NCBI GenBank assembly: GCA_964291265.2
Contig: OZ219747.1
Coordinates: 3,904,001-3,968,000, forward strand
DNA from: Alphaproteobacteria bacterium
GTDB lineage: Bacteria; Pseudomonadota; Alphaproteobacteria; SP197
Reading direction: 5' to 3'
DNA length: 64,000 nt
A program made the position numbers and the translations under genes. Of this stretch, positions 21,251 to 33,423 are shown piece by piece (the stretch's first letter is position 1; each line of letters starts with the position of its first letter). Below the pieces are notes generated by a model, which worked only from the letters and a program-made list of their open reading frames with translations, had not been told where the DNA came from and did not search any database.

Positions 21251-24200
21251 ATGACGCAGACGCCTTACGATATCGGGATGCATGGCCTGCGGCTTTTCGG
21301 ACGGAGCGTGAGCGCCTCACGCACGCGCGAACCCCAGAACTTTGTACCCCCCCCCCCGCTCAAGAGTTAGGGCGCGGGGCTGAGCCGGTGGGCGCCCTCG
21401 GGAGAACCGTCCGCCGCCTGAGCGCGGAACTCGCTGCCCTCTTCCTCATCACGCTGGCCGCCGCCCTCGCGCCCCAGGACGCACAGGCGCAGGAGAAGCC
21501 GGCGCTCACGGCAACCGCGGGTGTCGGCAGTGTCACACTCACCTGGACTCGTACCGGCAACACTGGATTTGGATATTGGGTCTACCGACAGGGGGTCACC
21601 GGAGGAGGTTACGGCGACTGGATCGATATACCGGGCGGCGCCACCATCAGAGCCCACACGGTCACAGGGTTGACCGCCGGCACCTCCTATACCTTCCAGG
21701 TGGCAAGGGCAGAAGGTACCGGTCTCAACTTTTCCGTCTTCGCTAGTGGGGGAGGGTACTCGAACGGGGCGTCAGCTACGCCGACGGCGGCCACGACCAC
21801 GACGCCCGCCGCCCCGACGGGTCTGACGGCGACGCCCGGCGGCCCCGCGCAGGTGTTGCTGACGTGGACCAAGCCGACTGGCACGATCACCGGCTACAAG
21901 CTGCGCTACGCCAAGACGCCGTCAAAGGCCAGCGCCACCTGGGGTACCATGACGGGTTCGGGCGCGAACACCGTGAGGCACATGGTGACGGGCCTGGACA
22001 ATGGCAGCGAATACAGTTTCATGATCCGTGCGGTGAACGCCTCCGGCGACGGCGCCGCCACGGGCTGGGTGACGGCGACGCCTGCGGACAGCTGCCCTGG
22101 CGTGGGAGCACCGACGAACCTGAGCCTTGCGCCGCGTTCGGACGGGTTTGCCGTCACCTGGACGGCGCCGACCGATGTACTCCGCAACGGCTGGGAATTG
22201 TCTTACAAGAAGACCGGGGGCAGTTCGACCTCTGTCACGATCTCGAATGCCGCCGCGACCAGCCACACGCTGACCGGCCTGGAGGCCGGCACCGAATACG
22301 AGATCGCTCTTCAAGCAACGCATCCTTTCAATCCCGATCCTACTGCGTCATGTCCTCCAGGCTCCCGCGCAAAAGCCACCGGCACGACCACGGCCGCTGC
22401 CACCGCCGGGGTGACGATCTCGCCGACATCGCTGACGGTGGAAGAGGGGAGCAGCGAGACCTACACGGTGAAGCTGGACAAGGCGCCCTCGGCGAACGTG
22501 ACGATCACGGTGGGCGGCGCATCGGGCGAGGTGACGGTGGCGGGTTCACCGTTGACCTTCACGCCAAGCAACTTCAGCACCGCGCAGACGATCACGGTGC
22601 GTGCCGCAGCCGACGACGACACGCTGGACGACACGGCGACGCTGACGCACGCGGCGTCGAGCACCGACACGGACTACGGCGCCTCGCTCGACATCGACGA
22701 TGTGGACGTGACGGTGACGGACACGACGCCGATCCTGCAGCTTCTGACCGACCCGGCGGCGGTGACCGAGGGGACGGCGATCAGCCTGACGGTGACCTCC
22801 GACAAGGCGCAGACGGGGGACCTGACGGTGAGCATGGTGCTGTCGGACCGTGGTTCGAGCGGTTTCGATGCGGACGACATTACCGGCACGCTGGGCCCGC
22901 GCGCCTTCATCGTGGCTTTTGGCAACACTGCCAGCACGACGGGCACGGTGACCATCCCGACCAGCACCGATTCGACTGTGGAGGGCGCGGAGACCTACCG
23001 CATCACGCTGGAAGGCGGTGCCGGCACCTACAAGGTCGGCACCGATGCGACCGCCGACGGCACGCTGAACGACGGCACGACCGCTTCCGTTCCAGCCGCA
23101 CCGGCGGGCCTGTCGGCGGAGGCGGGCAACGCGCAGGTGAAGCTGACGTGGACCGATCCGGACGACGATTCGATCACGCGGTATCGGGTGCAGCAGAGGA
23201 AGGGGACCGCCGCCTGGGGCAGTTGGACCGCGATTCCCGGTTCGGACGCCGACACGGTGAGCTACACGGTGACGGGTCTGACGAACGACAGCGAGTACCG
23301 CTTCCGCATCCGGGCGCGGAACAGCGGCGGCAACGGCGCCGCGTCGGCGGTGGTGGAGGCGACGCCGTCGGCGTCGGCGGCGGTTCCCAAGCCGGTGCTG
23401 AGCGCCGAAGCGGGTTACGCCAGGGTCACCCTGAGCTGGAGCGCGCTGTCGGGTGTGACGGTAGCGAGCTGGGGCTATCAGTACAAGCCCGCGGGCGGCA
23501 GCTGGATCAGGACCCGGACGGTCACGGGCGCCAGCACGACGAGCACCACGGTGACGGGACTGACGATCGGCACGGAATACACGTTCCGGCTGTTTGCGGC
23601 AGTCAGTCCCGGGGTGCAGTCGGTGTGGTCGGACCAGGTGAAGGCGACGCCGACGAATACGGTTCCCAAGCCGGTTCTGACGGCGGCAGGGGGCGATGCC
23701 TCGGTCACCCTGAGCTGGAGCGCCTTGACGGGCATTCCGATCACGAGCTGGGGCTATCAGTACAAGAGCACGGGCGGCTGGAGCACGACCACGACGCTCA
23801 CGGGCGCAAGCAGGACGAGCGTCCGGGTGACGGGTCTGACGAAGGGCACGGACTACACGTTCCGCCTGTTCGCGGCGGTCCGTCCCGGGGAGCAGTCGGT
23901 GTGGTCGGATCAGGTGACGGCGAAGACCGATCCGGCGGCCCCGGTGCTGACGGCGGCGACTTCGACGACGAACGGGCAGATCGACCTGACCTGGACCCAT
24001 GCCGGCGGCTCGAACGAGTTATCGGATGCGGACGACTATGTGAAAGACGCGGCCAAGTTCCATTGGTGGAGAGCGCAGACCCGGCTGAAGGGGGCAAGCA
24101 CCTGGACGGATCACAGTCTCAACCAGGCGAGTGCCAGACAGAATCCGGGCTCTCGCAACAATCGGCTTCTGCTGAACTATCCTGACGGGGCATCGGTCGA

Positions 24201-27200
24201 GGTCCGGGTTCGGGCGACGGGCTATCGCATGGCGGGGGTCGCCGGGGGAACGGGGAACCTTCAGGGTCCCTGGTCGAACATCCGTACGGTGACCTTCAAG
24301 GACGACACCACGGCGGCGCTCACGCTGACCGGGACGCCGGTGACGGTGGCGCCCGGTTCCACGGCGACCTACACGGTGGCGCTGACGAAGGCCTATGCGG
24401 GGACACTGCGGGTGACGAGCGACGACACGGCGGCGGCGCGGGTCAGTCCGGCGAGCCTGACCTTCACCACCAGCAACTACAGCACGGCGCGGACGGTGAC
24501 GGTGACCGGGGTGGCGAACGGCACGGCGGTGATCAACCACGCCTTCCGTCTGACGGGAGCTTCTGCGGATGCGATTCCCGACGCGGGCACGGTGGACGTG
24601 ACGGTGGCCGATACGCCGGGGGTGACGGTGTCGACGGCGGCGCTGACGGTGGCGGAAGGCGGCAGCAGGACGTACACGATGCGGCTGAACACGCCGCCGA
24701 CATCGGATGTGACGATCACGGTGGCGGGCGCGTCGGGGGACGTGACGGTGACGGGCGCGTCGCTGACCTTCACCAGAGCCAACTGGAACCAGCCGCAGAC
24801 GGTGACGGTGAACGCAGGCACGGACACGGACACGACGACGGACGCCGCCGTAACGCTGACCCACAGCGCGTCTGGCGGCGGCTACGCCTCGGTGACCATC
24901 GCCTCTGTGGTGGTGAGCGTGGCGGAGAAGGATGTGGCGCCCGGGAAGCCGGCCGGCCTTGCCGGCGCGGCGGGCAACGCTTCGGTGACGCTGAGCTGGA
25001 CCGACCCGGACAATCCGACCATCACCAAGTGGCAGGTGCGGCGGAAGGCCGGCAGCGACGACTGGGGCGCGTGGGAGGACATTCCCGGCTCCGCTGCGGG
25101 CACCACCAGCTACGAGGTGAGCGGTCTGACGAACGGCACTGCCTACCAGTTCGAGGTGCGCGCGGTGAACGGGGCCGGCAACGGCGCCGGTCCGGATGCG
25201 CCGGTGACGGCGACGCCGGCGGCGCCGGTGGCGCCCGGCGGAGGCGGCGGTGGCGGTGGCGGAGGCGGCACGACGCCCACCGCAGACGCAAGCGTGACGG
25301 TGACACCGACCGCGCTGACGGTGGCGGAGGGGAGCAGTGCGGCCTACACGGTGGTGCTGGACACGGAACCCTCGGGCGAGGTCACGGTGACGGTGGGCGG
25401 CGCTTCGGGCGAGGTGACGGTGGAACCGGCGAGCCTGACCTTCACCACGGCCAACTGGGACACGGCGCAACGGGTGACGGTGCGCGCGGCCCGTGACGAG
25501 GACACGACCGACGACACGGCGACGCTGACCCATGGTGCGAGCGGCGGGGGCTACGCTTCGGTGACCATCGATTCGGTGGCGGTGACGGTGACGGACACGA
25601 CGCTCTTGCCGGTGCTGACCCTGGCGCAGGATCCGGCGGCGGTGACCGAGGGCGAGGCCATCCGCCTCGTGGTGAGCGCCGACCGGGCGCTGACGGGCAG
25701 TCTGCGGGTGAGCCTGACCCTGGCGTCCCGGGACGGCGGCGGCTTCGATGCCGGTGACGTTCCGGGCGGTCTGGGTCCGCGTTCGTTCGATGCGGTGTTC
25801 GGCGCCGCGGGGCGGCGAACGGGCGTGGTGACGATCCCGACGGCGGCCGATGCGGATGCGGAAGGCGCGGAAGCCTACCGCATCACGCTGAACGATGCGG
25901 CGGACTACGTGGTGGGGAACGACGCCACGGCGCTTGGCGTTCTGCGCGACCGGGCGGCGGGGTCCATGGCAAGGTCGAACCGGGTGAATGCGGCGGTGCT
26001 GCCGCACGTGGCGGCGGCGGCGATGTCGCAGACCCTGGGGGCGGTGACGGGTCGCATCGAGGCGGTGGCCTCCGGCGAGGGGGGCGGCACGGTGCAGTTC
26101 GGCGCCCTGCCGTCACCGGTGGAGGACGCGTGGGCGTCGCCGCACCCGGAGGAGCCCGGCCCGAGCATGGCCGAGGTGCTGGACGGCGCCTCCTTCACCC
26201 TGGCGGCGGGCGCCGAGGGCGAGGCCTCCGCGCCGCCGCTGGCCGTGTGGGGCCGGGGCGCGTGGCTGTCGCTGTCGGGTTCGCAAGGCGGCGTGTCGTG
26301 GGACGGCGGCCTGTGGTCGGCGCAGCTGGGGGCGGACGTGCGCCTGCGCCCCGACCTTCTGGCCGGGGCGGCGCTCTCCCATGTGCGGGGCGAGCTGGAC
26401 ACGCAGACGGACCAGGTGAAGGGCGTCCACGAGACCACGATCACGTCGGTGCATCCCTATGCGGCGTGGTTGCTGGCGGACGGCTCGACCCTGTGGGCGA
26501 GCCTCGGCTACGGGACCGGCGAGGTGCGGATTGCCGAGGAGGGGGCGCCGGTGCGCAGCACGGACCTGGCGCAGTGGAGCGCGGCGGCGGGCGCCCGCAG
26601 CGTCCTCATCGAGCATGCGGACCTCATCGAGGGCGGCATGACGCGCCTTGCGGTCAAGGGCGAGGGCGCGCTGGCGCGCCTGCGCACGGAGGCCGATGAC
26701 GGCCTGGCGGGACTGACGGCGAGGACGACCCGCCTGCGGCTGCTGCTGGAGGGGTCGCACGAGCATGCGCTGGCAAGCGGTGCGACGCTGACCCCGGCCC
26801 TGGAGGCGGGGGTGCGCCATGACGCGGGCGACGCCGCCGAGGGGGCGGGCCTCGAGGCCGGGGCGAGCGTGACATGGCGGGACCCGGCGGAGGGTCTGAC
26901 GGCGGAGCTGCGCACGCGGCTCCTGGCGGCCCACGAGGCGGACCGTGACGAGTGGGGTGTGAGCGCCCTGGTGCGCCTCGACCCCGGGGCCGACGGGCTT
27001 GGAACCTTCCTCGCCTTCGGTCCCGCGCACGGGCGCACGGAGAGTGATCTGGGAGAACTGTTCGACCACGGCCTGCCCGCGGCCGTCTCCGACACGACAT
27101 CGGCAGAGGGCCGCCTGGAGGCGGAGGCGGGCCACGGCTTCGGCCTCGCCGGTCCGGGGCCTCTCGTGGTGCTCACCCCCTGGGCGGGCTTGAGCCTGGC

Positions 27201-27339
27201 GGAGACCGGCGGGCGCACCCTGCGGCTCGGCGCCCGCTACCGCATGGGCGCGGGACTCTCCCTCGGCCTCGAGGGCGCGCACCGGCCGGGGCCGGTCAGC
27301 GAAGACAGCCTCATGCTGCGCGGCGCCCTCAACTGGTAG
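21251..27339 (+). CDS. Giant FN3/Ig-like repeat autotransporter adhesin (frameshifted at the poly-C; open frame 21388-27339)
   Basis: Signal-like hydrophobic stretch ending AQA; multiple FN3 domains (VTLTW...VTGLTxGTxYxF); Calx-beta-like repeats; beta-barrel-like C-terminus ending in W. Confidence 0.85.
21347..21357. repeat. C11 tract in the autotransporter 5' coding region (putative slipped-strand switch)
   Basis: With C11 the ATG 21251 frame stops at TAG 21368-21370; with C12 or C9 it reads into the 1983-aa ORF. Confidence 0.8.
23383..23915 (+). repeat. Tandem duplicated FN3 module (279-bp period)
   Basis: VPKPVL...VTLSWSAL...SWGYQYK...YTFRLFAAV.PG.QSVWSDQV occurs twice (23383, 23662). 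Confidence 0.85.
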
Positions 27340-27717
27340 GAGAGGCGGAGCCGAGCACCTTCCCGGCGGCACGGCGCCCGTCGGATACCGCCGCGTCACG
27401 GCATCCGAGCCGTGTCTCGCGCCCGACACCTGAAACAACAACTGATGGATGAGCGGCAGCATCGTCATGCCGAGGTCTACGCAACACTTCATGATGTCGC
27501 GTGAGGCAGAACTGTCCAACGCTCACCGGGTTCTCTTCGGGCATGCAAATCGGAATCCGCACACGTCATTCTGTCATGTTGCAACCGTGCTCCCGAACTG
27601 CCATGAACGTCGTCGTATCTGGTCGAATCGGGCGCAGGCCAAAACCCATGTCTTCGTGCCGCCATCCCGTGCAACCTGATTCCCGTATCCAGCCGGCCGA
27701 TGTCGGGCAAGCTGCTC

Positions 27718-30700
27718 TCAGTCAAGCAGGCGCAGGATGCTGCCGCTTTCCTCGTTCCCCGGAACGTCCACCGTACCCTCATCGTCTTCGCCCGACACAG
27801 GCGGAGGCGATTCCGGAGTCCCCTCCTCCTCCAGGACCCAGAGAAGGAGTGAACCGCCATCCTCTTCCGGCTCAATGACGAGAGTTTCACTCTCCGGCAC
27901 GCCGGGTTCAGCCGCTGCCGGCTCATCGGATGGAGTGGGCGGCTCTTCTTTCGGCAGGAGAACGGGTTCGCTGACGAGATGCGTCTCCAGCCGTCTGGTG
28001 TCGACGACAAGATCGGTTTCGTCGAGGGGGCCGGCGACGATCATGGAGACCTCCGGGAGACCGACGCTGCCGGTCAACTGCACCGACCCGGCAAGACTGA
28101 CCCAGCGGCGCGGCAGATCGACCTCAAGCTCATAGACGCCTTCGGCGCCATTGAAGATGACGGAGAGATCATCGGAGCGGATGACACCCTTCGACATGGA
28201 AAGGGACGCGTCAGCCGTGATGATGCCGGACGTGCCCTCACCGGTGGAACGCGAAATCCCTTCTGCGATTTCGGCACTCTCCCCACCGGCGGCCAGCAGA
28301 CCCGCCATCGCCTGAAAATCGAAACCCTCCACCGCGCCACGCTGGAGCGAAAACCGTCCCTCACCGGCAAGGCTCTGCAGGAGATCGTCGCCCTTCAGCC
28401 CCCGCGCCGTCCCGTCGACCGCGAGGAGAAGGCGGCCGGAGAGCGTGTCCCGCTCCGCCATGGCAGAGAATATCTCCCGGAGTTCAACGTCCTCGAAGGC
28501 AAGGGAGTAGGTCACCTCGTGGGGCAGACCGTGACGGACGGTGCCGGAAACCAGAACGGTTCCGCCGAAGAGCGATCCCGACAGGGTCTCGAGATGAAGG
28601 AGGCCGTCCTCGGCCCCGGAGCGCAGGAGAACGTCATCGAGCGCCAAGCCGCCGACGACGAGGTGATCCGCAGCAAGGTCGACGCGTCCATCCACCTCAC
28701 CGATGGCCTCGACAAGCGGGCCGGCCAGGACATCGAGCTTGATCGTGTCCGCATCGAGAAGAAGGTTGACCACCGGCCGGACGGCGGATGCCGACCACTC
28801 GGCCGCACCCTCGAACGAAGAGGGCCCCATGGTGACCCGCTCAAACACGACACGTCCTTCCTCGAGCGACCCGGCGGCCTTGACGGCGACATCGAGCGGC
28901 CCTTCCAGGTCCGCACTCACGGCGAGGCCCACGCGGTCCATCAGGTCACCGGGATCGGCATGTCTGAGAACAGCTCTTCCTTCTTCAAGAACTCCGTTCC
29001 GCAGACGGCCATGGACGTCGAACGCGGCACCAAGGGTATCGGCGGCAACGGCAAGGTTCATTTCGAGGGGTGTCCAGTTGACATCGGTGGAGAGCGTGAA
29101 GGCATCACCCTCACTTCCGGGCAGGTCGAGCCCGGCAAGACTCGCCGCAGCCGCGAGACTCGCCCCTTCGACGTCAATGGCGCCTCGAAACGACGGGTCG
29201 GCGAGCGGTTGATTGAGGTGGCCTTCGACGGCGAAGTCCGCAACAGCGGTCGTCAGCGAACCCTCGAGGTCGACGCTCTCGAACGTCCCACGCACGGCAA
29301 GAGTCAGGTCCACGTTCCCCAAGCGCTGCAGATCGACCGGCGATTCGATGTCGGCCCCGCGCACGACGGCGTCCACGTCCGCCGTCCCGATCTCGACGTC
29401 GAACGCCAAGGCCCGGCGAACCGGTTCAATCGTCCCGGTTGCCCTGACTGCAGCACCCCAGACATCGCGTGCCTCGAGGCGTCGAAACTCCAGGGCGCCC
29501 TGGTTCAGGGCGCCATCGACAGACACCCCGGCGGCGACAACATCGCCCATGACCAGTGTTCCGACCTCGCTCCTGACATCGATGTCGAACCCGGTCCAAT
29601 CCATCTCCGGAAAGGTGCCCACCAGGCCGACGGGAAGATAGGCGTCGAGCGCCAGTTCATCGATGCCGAGATCGGCAATGAAACTCCTCTTGTCAGTGAA
29701 GAGACCGATGAGTGTCCCGGTCACACGCGATGAATCGAGAACAAGATCCATGCCGGACAGGACAGCGGAACTTGGCGTCGCCTCACAGTGCGCCGACAAT
29801 CGAGCGGTCCTCAACCGGTCCCTCGGAACACTCTCCACGTCCATCCCGAGCCATGCGAGCGCATTCCTGAGATCGCTCGATGTGATGTCAATCGGCCCAC
29901 GAAAGATTGGCACATCACCCTTGATGCTGACAACACCGGTCACCGTGGCGTGCGTGTTGCCCGGCAGGAGCGCTGCGGCACGCTCGATGTCAATCGTGCC
30001 GTCAGCGGCGGACGCCACCACTTCGACCTGTCGTGCCGCCTGATTCCGATAGAGGGCATGTTCGACCGTGACATCCAAGGCGACGTGACGCTGGCGCAAC
30101 CAGGCGAACGCAGGGTGGTCACTCTGAATCTCCCGAGCCAACGCCACAAGACGATCAAGATCAAGCCTGCTGGAGGTCATGTGGACTGCCAGCTCGCCTG
30201 GCGACGATTCGATGGCGCCGAAGGCAACCGAGTCATCGAGCTGCAAGGCGAGGTCGCTGATTTCGACCGTGTCGGCGCCAATCGACATGACGGCATCGAA
30301 CGATGTCGGCAACGTTTGAGCCCCGGCAAGTCCCGTCAATCTGCCAAGGTCCGCGATATCCAGTCTCACGGTGCCAGCGAAACGGGCGTCGCTCTTCCAG
30401 TCCTGGAGGCTCCCCGCTGCCCGCAACGAGACGCCCTCGTCGGACACAATGGCAAAACTCACCGGAAGAGACTTTCGGGTCAGCCGCCCAAGGGCAGCGT
30501 CGACGGTCCATTGTCCGACATGTCCCGAAAGACTGCCGGTGATCTCGAAGGGGCCATCCACCCCCTTGGACTCAACGGCAAGATCAAGACCCTCGAACAC
30601 GCGGGTTCCGTGGAGCTCACTGTGCCAGGTCACCGTGGCATCGACAATCTCGATGGCATCGATCCGGACAGCCGAGCGAGAATTCGCCGCCGCAGCAGAG

Positions 30701-31059
30701 AGAGAACCGGCCATGTCGGGGCCACCGATTGTGAGGACCGGTCTGACAACCCTGATCCGCTCGACAGCAAGATCAAGGGACAGAAGTGATGTCAGGGAAA
30801 CGACAGCATGGACTTCCGGCAAGCGGAGCCAGGGAGCGTTCCTGTCACCGATGGTGACGTCGTTCAGCGCCACCTTGAGATCGGGGACGAGCGCCAGGCT
30901 CAGGTCGCCGGAAACCGTCACGTCACGCCCGGTCAGCGCCTCGAGTTGTCTCTCAACCTCGCCACGGTACCGTTCGAGATCGCGTGTCAGGACCCACACG
31001 GCCCCGGCGGCCAGCACCACCGCCATGAGGGCCGCCCCCATCAGCAAGACTATACGCAA
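27718..31059 (-). CDS. AsmA family protein
   Basis: N-terminal TM then YRGEVERQLEALTGRDVTVSGDL.LALVP; beta-taco-like repeats; AsmA C-terminal region. Confidence 0.85.
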   Translation of the reverse strand: MRIVLLMGAALMAVVLAAGAVWVLTRDLERYRGEVERQLEALTGRDVTVSGDLSLALVPDLKVALNDVTIGDRNAPWLRLPEVHAVVSLTSLLSLDLAVERIRVVRPVLTIGGPDMAGSLSAAAANSRSAVRIDAIEIVDATVTWHSELHGTRVFEGLDLAVESKGVDGPFEITGSLSGHVGQWTVDAALGRLTRKSLPVSFAIVSDEGVSLRAAGSLQDWKSDARFAGTVRLDIADLGRLTGLAGAQTLPTSFDAVMSIGADTVEISDLALQLDDSVAFGAIESSPGELAVHMTSSRLDLDRLVALAREIQSDHPAFAWLRQRHVALDVTVEHALYRNQAARQVEVVASAADGTIDIERAAALLPGNTHATVTGVVSIKGDVPIFRGPIDITSSDLRNALAWLGMDVESVPRDRLRTARLSAHCEATPSSAVLSGMDLVLDSSRVTGTLIGLFTDKRSFIADLGIDELALDAYLPVGLVGTFPEMDWTGFDIDVRSEVGTLVMGDVVAAGVSVDGALNQGALEFRRLEARDVWGAAVRATGTIEPVRRALAFDVEIGTADVDAVVRGADIESPVDLQRLGNVDLTLAVRGTFESVDLEGSLTTAVADFAVEGHLNQPLADPSFRGAIDVEGASLAAAASLAGLDLPGSEGDAFTLSTDVNWTPLEMNLAVAADTLGAAFDVHGRLRNGVLEEGRAVLRHADPGDLMDRVGLAVSADLEGPLDVAVKAAGSLEEGRVVFERVTMGPSSFEGAAEWSASAVRPVVNLLLDADTIKLDVLAGPLVEAIGEVDGRVDLAADHLVVGGLALDDVLLRSGAEDGLLHLETLSGSLFGGTVLVSGTVRHGLPHEVTYSLAFEDVELREIFSAMAERDTLSGRLLLAVDGTARGLKGDDLLQSLAGEGRFSLQRGAVEGFDFQAMAGLLAAGGESAEIAEGISRSTGEGTSGIITADASLSMSKGVIRSDDLSVIFNGAEGVYELEVDLPRRWVSLAGSVQLTGSVGLPEVSMIVAGPLDETDLVVDTRRLETHLVSEPVLLPKEEPPTPSDEPAAAEPGVPESETLVIEPEEDGGSLLLWVLEEEGTPESPPPVSGEDDEGTVDVPGNEESGSILRLLD

Positions 31060-31215
31060 CCTTATCTGTCTCCTTCACACCCGAAGTCGTCCGGTGAGAA
31101 ACCTGGCACGCCGTGGAAGGCGTTATCATGGCACTCATCCGCCTGCCAGTGAATCCAGGCTGTCCACATGCTTGTCATGAACAGGAAAGCGAACCTGTGT
31201 TAGGAGAGGCCCGTC

Positions 31216-33423
31216 ATGCAGGATGTCTGCCCATCTCCCCTCCTTGAAGACCTCAACGAGGCGCAGCGCGAGGCGGTCGAGGCCCTTGACGGGCCTGTCC
31301 TCGTGCTCGCCGGCGCGGGTACCGGGAAGACCCGTGTGCTGACCGTGCGTCTTGCCCGCCTCATCGAGACAGGCAGGGCATGGCCTGGCCAGATACTTGC
31401 GGTGACCTTCACCAACAAGGCCGCCGGCGAGATGTCGGAACGGGTGAGTGCTCTCATCGGACAGTCCACCGCCGGTCTGTGGATCGGCACCTTTCACAGC
31501 ATCGGCGCGCGTATGCTGCGTCGCCATGCGGAACTCGTGCGTCTGAAGACGGGGTTCACGATCATCGATACCGACGATCAGGTTCGCCTGGCGCGCGAAC
31601 TCGTCGAGGCCGCCAACATCGATGACAAGCGCTGGCCCCCTCGCATGCTCTCGTTCCTGATCCAGAAATGGAAGGACAAGGGATGGAACCCCGATCAGCT
31701 GCCCGGAGAAGAATCGGGGGCGTTCGCTCACGGCAAGGGCCAAGCCCTCTACCGCGCCTATCAGGAGCGTCTCGAATCCATCAACGCCGCTGACTTCGGA
31801 GACCTGCTGCTCAAGCCCTACCGCCTCTGCCTCGACTACCCGGATGTGCTCGACACATGGCACAGGCGGTTCCGCTACATCCTCGTCGATGAATACCAGG
31901 ACACCAACGCGATCCAGTACCTGTGGCTGCGCTTACTCGCCCGCGGATCGGGCAACATTTGCTGCGTCGGCGATGACGACCAGTCGATCTACGGCTGGCG
32001 TGGTGCGGAGGTCGGCAACATCCTCAAGTTCGAAAAGGACTTTCCAGGAGCCACCGTCGTGCGCCTTGAGCGCAACTACCGCTCGACACCACGCATCCTT
32101 GCTGCGGCGTCGAACCTCATTGCCCACAACCGCGCCCGGCTCGGCAAGACCCTGTGGACACCCGAAGGTGACGATGCCGGGGAACCCATCGTCGTCCGCG
32201 GCGTGTGGAGTGGCGAGGACGAAGCCCATGCCGTGGGCGTCATGGTCGAGAATCTCCACAGGAAGAATCATCCGCTCAACGAGATGGCGGTTCTGGTGCG
32301 GGCCGGCCACCAGACACGGCAGTTCGAGGAGCGCTTCATCACGCTGGGTGTGCCCTACCGCATCATTGGCGGCCTGAGATTCTACGAACGCCGGGAGATC
32401 CGCGACGCCCTCGCCTACCTGCGGCTGGTGCGTCAGGACGACGACGACCTCGCATTCCAGAGGATCATAAATCTCCCCAAGCGCGGCCTCGGCGAGAAGT
32501 CCCTGCTTCCTCTCCGTGACCATGCCCGCGAAACCCGCACCAGCCTGCTCGGCGCCGCGCGCCACGTCGTCAACTCCACGACTCTGCCACCGGCGCGGCG
32601 ACGCACCCTGCGCCTCTTCGTCGAGAGCATCGACCGCTGGCGCGCCGAAGCCAGCCGCGCGGCCCCGGCTGAGACAGCCAAGATCATCCTCGATGAATCG
32701 GGCTACACGGAGATGTGGCAGAAGGACAAGTCCATCCAGGCTCCGGCGAGACTCGAGAACCTTACGGAACTCGTTGTCGCGCTGGCCGATTTCGAGAACC
32801 TCGAGGACTTCCTGGACCACGTGAGCCTGGTCACGGACGGGGATGCCGCCTTCGACGGCGACATGATCAGCATCATGACGCTCCACGCGGCCAAGGGCCT
32901 CGAATTCGACACCGTCATCCTCCCTGGCTGGGAAGAAGACATCTTTCCCCACAAACGGGCCCTCGAGGAAAGCGGCAACAAGGGGCTCGAGGAGGAACGC
33001 CGGCTTGCCTACGTCGCTCTCACCCGGGCCCGCCATCGCATTGCCATCTTCCATGCGGCCACCCGGCGGATATACAGGCACACCATGTCCAACCTTCCCT
33101 CACGCTTCCTTGCCGAACTTCCGGGCGAACATGTCCATGTGGACGAGTCCCCCCTCGTCGGCTACCGTCACCAGTCGGAGTTCGGGCACGTCGTCACCGA
33201 CAGCAACTTCTCGCGCACCCTCACCAAACGCCAGCAGCAGTTCCCTTCCCAGGGCGTCCCCTCAACACCCGGCGCCAGCGCTCCGCCACAACCCAACACC
33301 CGCATCTTCCATCAGAAATTCGGATATGGCCGGGTCCTCAGGACCGACGGCGAGAAGCTCGATGTCGATTTCGACAAGGCCGGCCGCAAGAAGATCATGG
33401 CAGCCTTCGTCACGCCGGCATGA
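31216..33423 (+). CDS. uvrD: ATP-dependent DNA helicase UvrD/PcrA
   Basis: AGAGTGKT, DEYQDTN, GDDDQSIY, NYRST, TLHAAKGLEF, EEERRLAYVALTRA. Confidence 0.96.
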   Translation: MQDVCPSPLLEDLNEAQREAVEALDGPVLVLAGAGTGKTRVLTVRLARLIETGRAWPGQILAVTFTNKAAGEMSERVSALIGQSTAGLWIGTFHSIGARMLRRHAELVRLKTGFTIIDTDDQVRLARELVEAANIDDKRWPPRMLSFLIQKWKDKGWNPDQLPGEESGAFAHGKGQALYRAYQERLESINAADFGDLLLKPYRLCLDYPDVLDTWHRRFRYILVDEYQDTNAIQYLWLRLLARGSGNICCVGDDDQSIYGWRGAEVGNILKFEKDFPGATVVRLERNYRSTPRILAAASNLIAHNRARLGKTLWTPEGDDAGEPIVVRGVWSGEDEAHAVGVMVENLHRKNHPLNEMAVLVRAGHQTRQFEERFITLGVPYRIIGGLRFYERREIRDALAYLRLVRQDDDDLAFQRIINLPKRGLGEKSLLPLRDHARETRTSLLGAARHVVNSTTLPPARRRTLRLFVESIDRWRAEASRAAPAETAKIILDESGYTEMWQKDKSIQAPARLENLTELVVALADFENLEDFLDHVSLVTDGDAAFDGDMISIMTLHAAKGLEFDTVILPGWEEDIFPHKRALEESGNKGLEEERRLAYVALTRARHRIAIFHAATRRIYRHTMSNLPSRFLAELPGEHVHVDESPLVGYRHQSEFGHVVTDSNFSRTLTKRQQQFPSQGVPSTPGASAPPQPNTRIFHQKFGYGRVLRTDGEKLDVDFDKAGRKKIMAAFVTPA

